In this document: in pieces, positions 1-13,800 of the stretch | Position numbering within the stretch: position 1 is the stretch's first letter | Layout of the letters: each line of letters opens with the position of its first letter | Position numbers and translations under genes: made by a program | The notes under the pieces: generated by a model | Seen by the model: only the letters and a program-made list of their open reading frames with translations | Databases searched by the model: none | Told to the model about the DNA's origin: nothing | Assembly: GCA_976226885.1 (NCBI GenBank) | Contig: OZ320316.1 | Span: forward strand, 40,610,001-40,674,000 | Source: Iphione sp. A-MEVVRFRX5 | Taxonomy: Eukaryota | Length of the DNA stretch: 64,000 bases | Direction of reading: 5' to 3'

Positions 1-424
1 GTAACAGAACACCTTCTCATTCAGAGACAACTACACTGACAATTCCAAACCCCAATAAATAGCACACACATCTCAAAAACAACTTACTGTAGAATTATCA
101 AGCAGCTCAAAACTGCATGCAGTATATTATGCTTCATTAACACCATACACGGCTTCAAACGCAACAGGGTTACTAGATGGAAAAACAACTGAATCTTCTC
201 TAGATGCATAATTTACTTATGCCCTGGTTAGATAGTATAGCAAAAAAAATCTGAAAAAACGTGAAAGCAGTTATCTGTTCCAGTGGGCTACCCTTACGCT
301 ATAGCAATGTGAACCTTTAACGTTTTACACACCTCTTTAACGGTTTACACACGTCTTGTTCACCAGTCAAAATGGGCTATGGAAGGCTAGAAAAGGCTTC
401 ATATTTCCGTCAGCTTTAGATAAC

Positions 425-715
425 GCCCAATAAAGGTATGGGAAAGAACGCATTTTCCAAAGAAGGATGCCTGGAGAAGGAAGGTCACCATGCCAAAAAA
501 ACGTTAGAGTATTGCAAAGAAGGACACATTATATGGACAGATGCCTGGAGCAGAAGTATCACGATGCTAAAAAAACTTAGTGTATGGGAAGCACATGTTA
601 TCCAGACAGGGAATCCTAGAGCAGGAGGGTCACAATGCTGAAAATAACTTTGGAGTATAGGAAAGAATACATGTTATCCAGACAGGGACTCCAGGAGCAG
701 GAGGGTCACCATGTT
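425..715. repeat. Degenerate minisatellite, about 75-bp unit x4
   Basis: Recurrent gatgcctggag(c)ag...gtcac and catgttatccagacaggga segments. Confidence 0.6.
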
Positions 716-955
716 GGCCACCCCCATGGTGAGAGGATAGTGGAACCAAGGGAAAGGGGTGTGACCGTCGCACTAACCTAGAGGAGAGTGTCTCTTGGTT
801 GCAAGAGCTGACGGTAGGCATGCAAACTTGACAGAGTGAAACCCCGAATGCACTCTTTTGGTTGGGGGAAGTATTGTAACCCAAGAGCGTATCTCATCCA
901 TCCATCTACAGTGTATATTGCCACCTTCAACTTGTATCTTTTTTTTCCTTCACAG

Positions 956-3900
956 GGCATCTTGTCCTTCAGCATTCAACACATGGAAGTGAACCTGTCA
1001 TTCGACAGTTGCCGTGGTGCCAAGATCAGCCAATCAAGATAATGACATTTGACCCCTCGGCAATATGGCTGCTGTGCATAACGACCAAAGAAGTCCTGTA
1101 TATCATCCCTGCATTGTCGCTAATGGTAAAGTAGTTCCAACTATTTTTGCAATGTAAACCTGCAAGTATATCCGAATTTGAATGCAGATGTGTGCTCAAA
1201 TACTATAAAAACTGAATGTGTTATTTTGAAGGGTAAAGCTTGTTCAAGACTATGCTTTCATAAATCGTAAGGAATCATTTGCAAATGAAGGATAACTTTT
1301 GCCCCTATCTTGCTTTAGTTGTCATCAGATGATACGGAAGTTTCTTAATTCTACTAACTGTGAATAATACATCCAGGTACATGCATATACAGTAATTTGC
1401 AATCTAGGACTTTTATTAGAATACAGTCCCATATCTAAGGCTTGCTAATCGCATTGATCCATAAGAGGTATGTTAAGGCGGGCATTCATAGATTTTTGTT
1501 CCGAAGGTATCTCATGGGCAGAACTATATCGTCACTTGATTTCTGATGTAATAGGAGGAAACGCAAGCTCACATCTTCGAGTCATGGAAGTTGGATGAAT
1601 TAACACGAATTCGACAGAAGAAACGGAGAGGTAAGAATTCGACTTGTATGGGGTGAGGAAAATGGAGTTTTCTTCGCATTAACAGTGTCTAGCAGACTAG
1701 AAAAACAAACAGCCCTGAAACAATGATCGAAATTCGGAAAAATGAAATATAGTAGAGCAGTTATGTACTAAAGCTGGTCGGTCTAGATGGGCAAAATACA
1801 GTTGTGCAGATGGAGAAGAGTAATATCCTCACGAATTTGAATATATGAACTATTCACAGATTTATTACCTGCTGTCTGCACTGTTCAGCATTCAAAACTA
1901 CAAATGTGATGCGAAATTTTAAAAAAATAATACAACAGTATCAAATTATACAAAAATTTAAGCATGGCAAGAAACAATAACCGGGTAATACTATCACTTT
2001 TATTGAAGGGCAACCAACCTGCCTAGTATGGTGGCAGACATTTAACCACGACCCAGTAGCTGTGATTGGAACGAAACTTGGCTTTGTGCTCTTCATTGAT
2101 CTGCGCTCAGAGCGCCTCCTGGCAGAGAGTGATGTCAACGAACATGTGACTAACGTCGAGCTGCTCCATGGTGACACCCAGATGACCACACATGCTCTGG
2201 TACTGCTCTCTTTGGTTAGACGAAACCCAAGCACAGAAAAGTGAAGCCTCGGGAGAACAGTTGTGCCACTTGAGTAGCATTTTACCGTGACGTTTATAAT
2301 CATACGGAATAAGGAATTTTTGTTGACAGTCTCGAAAGTTCAAGTTGTTTACTCTAAGTTTATCAGGAGATGCATGTATTTCTATTAGTAATAAAAAAAC
2401 TTAAATTCCCTATGTAAAGAAATGTTTACATTGTATCATAAAATTCCAAAGTAACTATTTTCTCCTAAAATTCTGATATGTATTAGGAATACATGTACTT
2501 GAATTTGTTACGATTCAGATCACAAGCAAAAATAACAACCAGTGGGTACTGCTCTTAGAAATGAGAAATGATACGGATTCATCAAAACAACGAACTGAAA
2601 TAGGATTCGAAAGTGTCAGCGTGAACATCCTCCATCATCCAGGTAAGATTTACAGTCAATATCTTAAACAGTCAGTATCTTAAAAGCTTCCTTGTCTTGT
2701 GTTGTGCACTCATGAAAGGTACCCGTGGTATTTCATATGAATATCTGTAAAAGATAGTTAAGGAAAACTCCAAATGGTGCATGGATTTATATATCTAGAG
2801 CAAAATAATTTTGTTACTTTCAGAGACACAGGCGAACAACTTTCAGCTGAAGCAAGTGAACCAGTTTTCTCATGCCACCCTGTTGTCTCGAGTTTTGACC
2901 AACATGGTAGCAGTACGTGATTTTGAGGCTAAGCAACTGGAGGTAAGGACATCTTTTCCTTCATGTTTAAAATGCCAGAAATCGTGTTGTCGTTATTGGA
3001 AATCAGAATGCCAGCTGCATGATATCATAAAGGAAGATAAGGGGAGGGGAGTGAAGCAAGTCAGGAAGTATAGAACATGATGAAAGAGATGGTGCACTAT
3101 GAAGGGAAGGCGCTAAGAAATATAAAATAAATAGAAAAGTGGACAGGGAATGCAAAAGGAAAGGAGTGAGACCAGGATTAGTAGAGAGACGGAGGTCGGT
3201 GCAGGGCTGGGCAGGGCTGAGCATGTTAGGAAAAGAGAGGGAAGAGAATGGAAAGAAAAATACGGGCTAATTTGTAGTATATTCCTGCACTTTTCATTCT
3301 TCTTATTGTAGACTCGGACGTTAATGTTTCATGGTATTTTACCAAAACTATTGTTTTTTTAGAAAGTCACTACTTTGAGAAGTTTTTGATTCTTCAACTT
3401 TCAGAGACGGTTATTTGCTTTATGTCGATTAACGAATCTAAGTACATGTACATGTATAAATTTAAACTTAACACCGAAACACACTCAAGTATAAATCTGT
3501 AATCAAGTGAAACTAAACTTTATCTATTTCAGGAACAGTAAATCAGTTCAGATCAGAGATCAGGTTATATAGTCGCCTTGCATTGCCCTTGATTTATTGT
3601 CGTTTCTTTTATTCTCCTATCACATTACTCAGATATATGGGAAACTGTTGGATGCATCACCTCAGTATATCTTCAACGTACCAGAATTGATGAATGACTT
3701 CCTGGTAACTGACCAGATTTTGTTCATCACCTACACAGAAAAAGGCAGTTGCCTCGATGTATTGTCTACACATTTCTGTCGGACGAAGTCTCGGGAAAAA
3801 AGAGAAGTACATTTACTTGTAACTTTGTTCATAACTCATTGAATTACCATCAAGAAACACCAGTTTAAAGCATTTCAACACATTTGCAGAGTTTGTGATG

Positions 3901-4774
3901 TTCATGTATTTGGCATCTATGGGTAAAAGGTATGTTTTCGTTTTCTTTGATAAGGATTTGAAGGAGGCTGTGATACAGACTTTCATGCTTGATCCAAATG
4001 AACGGATTGTTACAATCTTCAAACGATCGTTCCCATCTGACTGGCATGAGAGGCAGACCGAGAAGGTCGATGGAATAGAAGATACTATGGCCACTGAGCA
4101 ACCTGCCTCAGAGGAGAAACAACCAGTCAGTCAGGAATATCATTTCCTTGAGCAAAAGCAAGCACCGCAACCTGAGGACGGGTCATTCACTGGGAAAGAG
4201 GGTAAAGACAGTGAACACCAAGAGCAATCAGCACATGTGCAACCACGTGAAAGATTACAAGTGGACGGACAGGACATGATGCAGCGTACTATAGACGGTC
4301 ATGATACAGAGGAGGTGCAAGAACAGGCCAAGCAGCCAACAAGTTCGAAGCAGCCCACGGAGACTACCAAGAAAAGATGCTCTTTAAAAGACTTCGAAAT
4401 CAGTACCCAAACGGTACTTGAAGGATGTGTTGTGATTACAACGCAGAATGTGTATGAGTGCAGACCGAGGTAAGTTTACATTCCTATGAGACAGTGAGAC
4501 GTTACTTGAGATGTTATTTACCGGCAAATTAATAAAGCACTAAACCCCTTTTGTTTAGACAAGCTGAACCTTTTTGAAATTGGGTTGGAGTCCAAAGGCA
4601 TCACATCACGTAGTGGTTCTATGTTAAGGCATTTATTTATATGTGAACCCTCGTTTCATTACCATGTTGGCAATGATGAATCAACCCTCTATATATTTAT
4701 TTGTGAAATACAATGATTATATTTTTGTTAAACATAATTTCAGTTTAAGACACCATATAGTCAGACACTTATAC

Positions 4775-4840
<66 letters not shown>

Positions 4841-7800
4841 CGCCCCCCCCGTCCCCCTCCTACTCCGTACCATGCTCATTCTCTGTGTCTCTCCACATGA
4901 TTTACATCCACACAAATTGACTTTGAGATTAAACCTGGTGTATACGAAAGTGTTTTTCAAGTTTCTGTCTGAAGACTACTGACTAAAATTTCCACTTAAA
5001 TTTATCTCATATATTGACTTTCCCACATTGAAGTTTGTTTTGCGCATTACTTTCATGGTAAATGCACAGAATATGTTCACTGAAATTCAGTCATCCCCTC
5101 TTTATAAGTACATGTATACAGCATTTTCTCTTGCAATATGATTTCATCGGTCGTGCGGGAGTCGTGAGGTATAGAAATAGGTTAGATTATTAGGTCAAAG
5201 ATACTCAAAAGCCAGTCAGTGAGGCGGTACTGTCGGTAATGTGGCCATCGTTTGTGTAAGCACCACTGTACACATTTTGCTGTGTATTTGATGTATTTGT
5301 GAAATGTAAATTGTGTAAGCTTCTTATTGTTATGTGTCTTCTCCAGGATTTCTCCTGAGGCACTCTTCCTGGAACTAGTGGTGCTGAAGTCAGACTTGTT
5401 GGCTGCTGAGCGCCTCACCACAGGCCTGTTGCTCCACATTGACTCCCTCTACAGACTTGCTGCCCGTGTCCACCTCAGGCGTAGGGAATATGGCCGTGCA
5501 GCGCGCTACTTTAGGCTTGGCAAGGTAAGGAAGAGGCAGTAGGCATTCCAACTAGGGAAAAATGGCTGAGTAGTTCACAGCTTGAGGTTTACTTCAGTGC
5601 AGGGATTTAGTAGTCGTTACACTCTAGGAGTAACGCAGAGCCGCTCCCTATTCCAGGCTTGCCGCAGAAGTAGTAGTCACTCTACCATAGGAAATATAGT
5701 TAATTGCTGATCTAGACTCGTCAAGGTAGAGTGGAGTTAGTTACATGTACTCTAGAATATCACAAGATAAGATACCTACCAGGATAGGATACCCAGTAGG
5801 ATATTACATTTTATAACTATTGAAAAAATAGCAAATGTAAAAGACAACAAACAAGTCCAAGAGTTTTGTCTTGAAGACGATCCTTCCCTGCCCACATTAG
5901 ATAGATGGAGAATGCTGAGTAAATTTGCAGCCTGTATGTTCACAAGAGAGAACTGTCATATGATTCGAAAGAGCCATTAGGCTTAGGTCTCAGTTAAACA
6001 CCTGTGTCCTTATCCTGGTACAAAGTCAAGGTCACATTTCACTACAAGTTCATGTAAACCACTAATTTAGTAAATTTACCATTTTGTCAGAGAGCGTGTA
6101 AGAATCCCTGCCAGAACACTGATTGTGATGAGCACACCAGGTCTGTGAAGGAATGGTTACATTCACGTTTGACTCTCAATCGTTATCCTGAAGACTATGA
6201 ATCAGTGCAGTGTATCTCAGGCTGTCTGAAGGAGATGATAACATCAGTATTTTATGTGTATATATAACGAAGTAAAATTATCTATTGATTTTTCGTTCGT
6301 CCTACATACTGTGTACAGTATCCCCTCATGTGATTCAGTCTAATCATTCATATCCACCTGTGTGGGTGTCTTCTCCTTGATATCACATCTTTCATACGTT
6401 CAAGGCACACTGTCTACAGAAGTCATGTGTATGATACGAAGTAAGAGGTGGCTGTTATGTCTTCAGTCTCCGGATTTTCATTTACACATACACATACAGA
6501 CCCATCTCAGCCCTTCCCTCGCTGATGCAACTTCTTCACTGATGCAGTTGTTTAAGTATACTGCTACCTTTACTACTGTATCTGTAGGGGTTTTTTCATG
6601 GCATAATGGATCCATTACTGAATGAAAACCATCATTAATGCCACTCAGTAAAAAGTATGTGCTAGTAATGAGATTTTTATTCCCCATACAGAATGAACCG
6701 GCGTTTTACAAAGGGGACAGATAATCCTGTTAAATGCAATTTGTTCTTTGTGGAACGAACGGTGGATTACTTTTTTTTTCTTCATTACATGTTCCTCTTC
6801 ACTAGATAAATTCATCCTTGAATCAGTTCGTCCTAAAATTGTTTCATCATCAAGTACATACGTTTCTTGTCCCTATCTGGATATAGTATTTACATTTCCT
6901 CGATCCGTGGGAATTTTTTTGTTGGCTGGTGAACAACTCTTCACAATAGGCACCCACCCGCCCCAGCAAGGGACACGTATGGGCACGACAGATATTGTCC
7001 CTTCGCATTCTAAGGTAGTCCCACTCCACGAAGCAAGTGTCTGCGAGGAAATTTAATACATTTGCTTCAGATAAATCCGAAAAAAATCACATTTTTGAAA
7101 GCATCAAATGATAAACAATAGGCCCCTAAACACAAGCAACTGAAACTTCACAATACTGTCATTCATGCCTCGTGGTTGGCTTATACTGATTAACGCCTGT
7201 GCACAGCATGGGGAAGGTAGCACCACTCGTAATACCTTCATAAAAAGAATCACCTTGTTTATCATGTGTGTCAAAATATTGGTGTATGTATGTATGTTGT
7301 ATAACTGAAAGTTGTGAAGCTATCCACGGCGGAGAGATTTTACTTACGTACATACACACCATATAACTTTACAGACTCCCCACGTGGAGAGAATGGAGAC
7401 ATTCATGAAACTGGGCTTGCTACCAGATGTCCCTGGTGACCTTCCTGCGACGGTCGACCCATCAACTACTGATATCACACAGTCCACTGGCCGGCCACCT
7501 GGCAGCCACCAAGACAGTGGAGGTTTTCTTGGTGACAGTACATGTACAGGCATAGAGGACTCAGAGAAGCAGTGCCTTGCAGCTGAGAAGATACCACTGT
7601 ATGCCCGGACATCACCAGGATTCAGCAGGGAGCGCCCACTGGATGACCTTATCCTGCTCGTCTATGTGCAGCAATTACTGGATGACAAGAGCGGCTCGGA
7701 AGAACTGAGCCTACAACTGAGGTATATTTTTGTTTCATGGAATTTAACACTTACACAACTCAGACGAGTAAAACTTTTGTTTTGATTGCAAGCCCAAGGC

Positions 7801-10800
7801 AGACCCAGCATGTTAAGGTTCATGCCAGAGTCGAATGTATTGACTTTTATATTTCATAAAAATGGCCCCACGAATATGACTAAGCACGCTCCGACATACT
7901 GAGACTTTATTTCTGTTGAATGGTTGTTTACTCTTATGGATGAAGAACAATTTTTATTCCTCTCTGAGATTTTTTAATGTGGAAAAAAATCAATATGGGC
8001 CTACTGGCTCTGTGCTCAGGTTGTACATAATACCAGCATGTATTTGTATCTTGCATGGGAAAGGATATTTTAGCTCAAGAGAGACGCATTTTTCTATATT
8101 TAGAAATATTCGTAAGCTTGTAAACTCTCCTTTAGATATTACAATATCGTGACATAATGAATCAAAGTTTCCTACTCTCATCCAACATGACTCAGAAGAT
8201 ATTCAGCCGAGGTTATGTTTGCTTATAGGGCTGTTTAAGTGATAGCAGTGACAGGATCTCCACTACTGGGAGCAACAGTGAGGGCGAGGCCTCTCTCTTT
8301 GAAGTTTGATCTGGTACAAGGACCTAGTACACCAGATTGCTGAGAATTGGCATAGTATTTGGGGGAGATGGGAGGGGAATGGCGGGGGCAGGGTAGGAGG
8401 GTTCTTGTGGCGGAACCAGGGCCAGCCTTCTTCTCCCCTCAACTACTACCAACACGCCCCCTCTTCAGTTAGTGGCCAGGGCCATCCTTTTCCCTCCGAC
8501 AACCACTACAACCCCCTCCCCCTCTCCAAATAGTGGGCGAAAACAGGGCTGGCCTCCTCCCCCAACCATTACCACTCCCTCCNNNNNNNNNNNNNNNNNN
8601 NNNNNNNNNNNNNNNNNNNNNNNNNNNNNNNNNNNNNNNNNNNNNNNNNNNNNNNNNNNNNNNNNNNNNNNNNNNNNNNNNNNNNNNNNNNNNNNNNNNN
8701 NNNNNNNNNNATCTTTTGTGACCTCTTTTTAAATGTGGAACTCACAAAAGGAGATTGTTTTAGTCATTTGTACTTTCAGAATTCTTTTGAAATACAGTGG
8801 GACATCCCCTTCCGGACACGTCTGGGATGCAGACGCGTCTCCAATGCGGACGATTTGAAGCAGAACGAATTCATTCCCCATAGTTAAGCATTGTAAGAGG
8901 ATGTCTCTAATCAGGACAGCTAATTTGTGGGAGCGTCTGCCTACGGACAGGCTTAGACTGTAAAATCAGCGGGTTTAGACCGCGAATTCATGGGTTTAGA
9001 CCACCAATAGGCAGGTTTAGACTGTGAACAATGTGTTGTCGCATGAATTTGGGGCTGCAGAGAGGCCTGTGAAGTCATTTCAAAGGTAGACAGCTCACAC
9101 CCTAGAGTGGCTGGTGGGAGAGACTGGGGGTGTCAATGGCGACCTCTCTGATGTACCTCACACCTTGGAGAGGGTGGTCAGGAGAGGCCCCTACTTTCTA
9201 GACTCTTACTCATCAAATCCATTACTTTTAGGACTTTAACTCATTAAATTCAGTATTTTTAGGGCTTTAACTTGTTAAATTCAGCATTTTTAGGACTCTT
9301 ACTCGTCAAACTTTTTGGACTTTTATGCCATAATAAATATCTACTATGAAAATCCATATCTTGTATTCATTTAGCATGACATGGATGACTAATGATTTAG
9401 GAACTGTTATCATTCATTATGTGCCATCTCATATTCAGAGAAGAATCTCCTGAATAAATCGTTCTGAAATTTAAAAAAAAATAGACATAAGTCTGTATAC
9501 TACTAACAGATCTACAATCCGGCCACGTCTGAAATGCGGACGATTTGGAAAAGAACAGAGGGTGTCCGTAATTGGGACGTTCAACTGTATTTTAAATTGG
9601 GTTTTTATCACTCTTTCATTTCACTCATTTTATTGTGAAGACAGTGTTCACTCACTGATATAATAAATTTCTTTGTTCTGTCAGAGAGTTTTTGGAGACC
9701 AATTGCCAGTATTCAAAGAGAGAAGCTCTGGAGGTTCTAGTCGACCAGGGCCTCCACGAAATGGCTCTTTTCTTGGGGAAGGTACGTGCGAACAGAGACA
9801 GGACATGCAGATGACACACTATAGGATAGTTAACATACATTTCCTTGTGGTTTATCTATGGAACTAGAATATTTTGGTGCCTGAAAATACTGTGTTACTT
9901 TGTTTCATAGGTTAAAGACTGCTATATCGAAGTTCTTGAGCGCCTAGTGGCAGTTGCTGGAGCGACCAGTCCACTTCTGAAAGTTGCTCTTCACAGCCTG
10001 CCCCACAGTTCCTTGAGAATGCTGATAAAGAGTAAGTATATGATAACTTTAAAAATTGTTTCATACATGCATTCTGTCATAAAATTCTGCTGAATTATTA
10101 ACCTAAAACTTGGCACGGTCTTGTCACACAAGTTGAACAGATACGTAAAGGTGTATGCACACAAGTTACCATGTGTAATTATGTGGTGAATTTCCCAGGT
10201 CCACTCATTGATCACATGTTGCCGGAAGACCTGGTGGCCATGTTGGAAGTGCAACCAACACTGGCTCTAAACTTCGTGTCACACTTCTCCTCAATCATTT
10301 ACCAACTTAACAGTGACCTTCTGCTAAAGGTCACGTCAATTTTTGATCCTTCCCTACCTACCTACCAGTTGCTAAGAGACAACAGTGATACCAATCCCAA
10401 GGATATTCGGTAAGTCCACAGAAAGCTTAGTAACACACTGATCATTTTTGAGGGATTAGGATTTAATCTGTTGAGCTATTTAATCTAACGATACAATCTT
10501 TTTTACGCAGTGTAGTCGATCTTCTTACGTACTCTTTTTGATAAATACTGTATAGAATGAAGTCAAAACAAAAGATGCTTAATAACATTCGCTTAAAACT
10601 AATGGACCGATCGCCAGCGGCGAAAGAAACAAGTAGGGCGGACGTCACTTTTACAAATGATAACGTCATGACGTGGATCGACCAATCAGATTGCTTAAAA
10701 TTGAGACAATGTCGCAATTCCGTAAAAGTGACGTCCGCGCTACCCGTTTCTTTCGCTGCTGGTGATCGGTCCATTGCGTAATGACTTGAATATTCATGTC

Positions 10801-13800
10801 CATGTAATGTTTAAAATGTATCAGTTTAATTGTGTTGATTTACAGAAACACGACCTCAAAGCAGAATATCATTCTTGAATCAACTCAGGTAAGAAATAGT
10901 TTTTGGCATTTGTATCGATGTGAGGGAGTGTTTCAGCATAATGTGTATGTTGAGTGCATAACCCTGGTCCTACAGAATTGAATCCTTTATATATAGTCGG
11001 CCCGCACGTACTGAGCACTTACTATAGGAATGTATCTCATATCCTACTGCATTCAAAGCGAAGTTTGACTTTTACTAACATAAAAGTGTTTCATTATGCT
11101 GTATCCGAATGGACCTCTTAACCAATTGCAGGAAACAGGACTCCAGTTCAGTAAACAAGGCCCAGCTGTACACTGCTATTACAGTGTATTAAATTAATGG
11201 GTTGAGAAGAGTTGAGCACCAGAACAGTGATTCAGGGCCAGCTTGTATGTAGCCATGGTCTATATGTATGAGAATTTGTGAAAATGTCTTTTCAGATAAT
11301 ACTGTAGAGACTAGTCTCATCAAAACCTTACACTCAGAAATTTCTACTGATTCTATTTTTTTCAGTTATAGAGCATACTAACAATGTTACTTTTCCTCAG
11401 TCGTACAAGATAGACTGTATTTGTCAATGACTTGGGGGGACAGACCTCCAGCTTTCACCAGAGGATACTTCTTAGCTACAAGCCGCACTACCTGTATTTC
11501 AGGAATCCCAGGAACCTTTGAGCAAACTTATTGATTTGTTCACAAAATGCGTCATTCTGCTGAACTCCATTCGAGATGACGACATAACACTGTCGTTTAC
11601 CGATACTTCATTTATTCCAAAACATGCCAAGGTAAATACTACCCTCTTTTCACTACCCGGTACATTTTGCACACATAAAACAAAACGTGTAGAAGAGGCT
11701 TTGCTTATGTGAAATATTTATAGTTACAGCAAGAGTATCATGTGCACAACTCTCTTTCTTAGCTTCTACCACCTGAAGACTCGATACAGTTTCGCCTTAA
11801 TGGTCGCCAGAGTGTGCTGTCGGCGGGCCACCACCAGACAGCAATGGTTCATGGTGGGCAGCTCTATGTCTGGGGAGACTGCTTCAGGAAAGAGAGGTAA
11901 TTTCAGAAACTTAACTGACTTAATTTTGATCTATACCATATTATGGTTTAGTTCACCCTTAGATTATTTGAAGTGAACCAAAGTGAAGTGTGATCTTGGC
12001 TTTGGTCATCTGTGGTACACATTACTAAAGCTATGAATAGCTGACGTTTAGATAGTTAGAAACCATGATTATCCAAATATTTGTGGAAGTCGGAGATTCC
12101 TTGTGTAAAACATACAGGAATTATGCAAGCTTAAAACAAAAGCGACATATTCTTATTCTAAAGTCATTTCAAGATTTCGTAGCAAAGATTTAGAAGATAG
12201 CTGTTTCTGGCAGGTCAGATCTTACATATTATTTTCATAACAATTAATTGTGAGTCCACTAGGCTTCTACCACAGGAGATTTGTTAAGAGAGGTGCATAT
12301 AAACTTGGTTTATTTCAGGTCAGAGCTGGAGACAACTGAATCTGCTGAGTTCTGGCGACCTTACACCCCTGCTGCCTTGACTGACATAAACGTCACCTCT
12401 GTGTCTTGTGGAGCGCACCACTCCATTGCCCTCACCACTCAGGGGGTAAATCCCACTACGATTTTTCTGTGATTATATTTTGAGATGGAAGACGAGAACA
12501 CATGGAGAAACCAGAAGTAGCGTGAGATGGTAACCAGGCGGTCCAAAATGCTAGAAAAATTAATTAATTGTTGGCATTTGAGGCTGCCTGGTTACCTTTC
12601 CTTTACGATTCGTATCGTGAAGACACCTTGTAGGACACAACGCGAGATGATATTCAAGATAATAACATCGTTCTGTGTAGAACTTTACCAAGAAACGTTT
12701 ATTCACGACAAATTTATAGAGCACCAATTCTGCGATGTAATAAATGTGTGGCTAGTAAATCTTTACCTAGTAATATGCTTGTTTTATCTCAAATTTCATT
12801 TATTCGTTTCGAGTAGACTTTGTCATTCAAGGACTTGACTAAATGTCTTTTGTAGGTGTATGCTTGGGGTGACTGTCGTTTTGGACAACTTGGAATTGGT
12901 CAGAGTGTTACTGATGGTTTTGTGGCACCTACCCGAGTAAAAGATCTTGATAGTGTCTCCTGTGTAGACGTTCACTGTGGCCATTACCACTCGGTGGTTC
13001 TCATGGAGGATGCCAGGTATGTGAGCCTTGGGAATTTTATTTTTCCAACACCTAGCCAAACTAAAGTTTCATGGAAGAAGGCCATTCGGTGGTAGGAAGC
13101 TAGAAGTCTATCACATAAGTTTTCTTTGATGATTTTCTGATCCATCTTGACTAACACTATTATTGTTTAAACTTGTTTCGCTGAAATTATTAAGGATATA
13201 ATAAATGCTTTCACACATATTTAGGACATGTAGGTAATTATTCCTAGTAAGCAATTATTCCTAGTAAGCCAAAGAATATCTATCGAATATCTCTATTCTT
13301 TTATGACTGTTAAGAGTAGGTGATTGGATGGGTTGCGGTATGTGGACATTTTTGTGGTGATGCAGCCCAGGCATATGAAACACTTTCTGTGTGGATGTGT
13401 GTCTGTGCACCAGTGTGTGCAAACATGCTTTTTTGGGCGGATCTCCACTCTATGCAGCCCGTGAGCAGCCCAATGAGATTGTATAATGAGAAATGGTGAG
13501 AAGGATGGCTGAGCATAATAGCTGACTACCAATAAATTACACTTAAGCTAGTCACATTTCACTTGACAAGTAACTGTAGGCACACTTTTTTCTCTTCTCT
13601 CTATGGTAATTATAGTGTGTGGACCTGGGGATGGGGCATTCATGGCCAGCTTGGACATGGAGACACTCTTGACTGTCATGTACCAACTCTTATGACAGCT
13701 ATGCAAGGAAAATATGTGTTGGGCATAGCAGCAGGATATGCCCACACCCTACTCCGAACCCTGTCGGTATGTGATATTTTTCACTTTTTATGCATGTATC

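Noticed and set aside
3895-3954. ORF-track start MMFMYLASMGKR as a gene start
   Set aside because: This is intronic read-through; the polypyrimidine tract and AG place the exon start at 3955.
7970-8020. Possible 51-nt frame-preserving cassette exon (RFFNVEKNQYGPTGSVL) in the RCC1 gene
   Set aside because: The donor (gttgta) is weak, and exon 7375-7721 joins 9685-9781 in frame without it.
10463-10781. Mirror ORFs on both strands (MDRSPAAKET...)
   Set aside because: They are a consequence of the palindromic element, not coding sequence.
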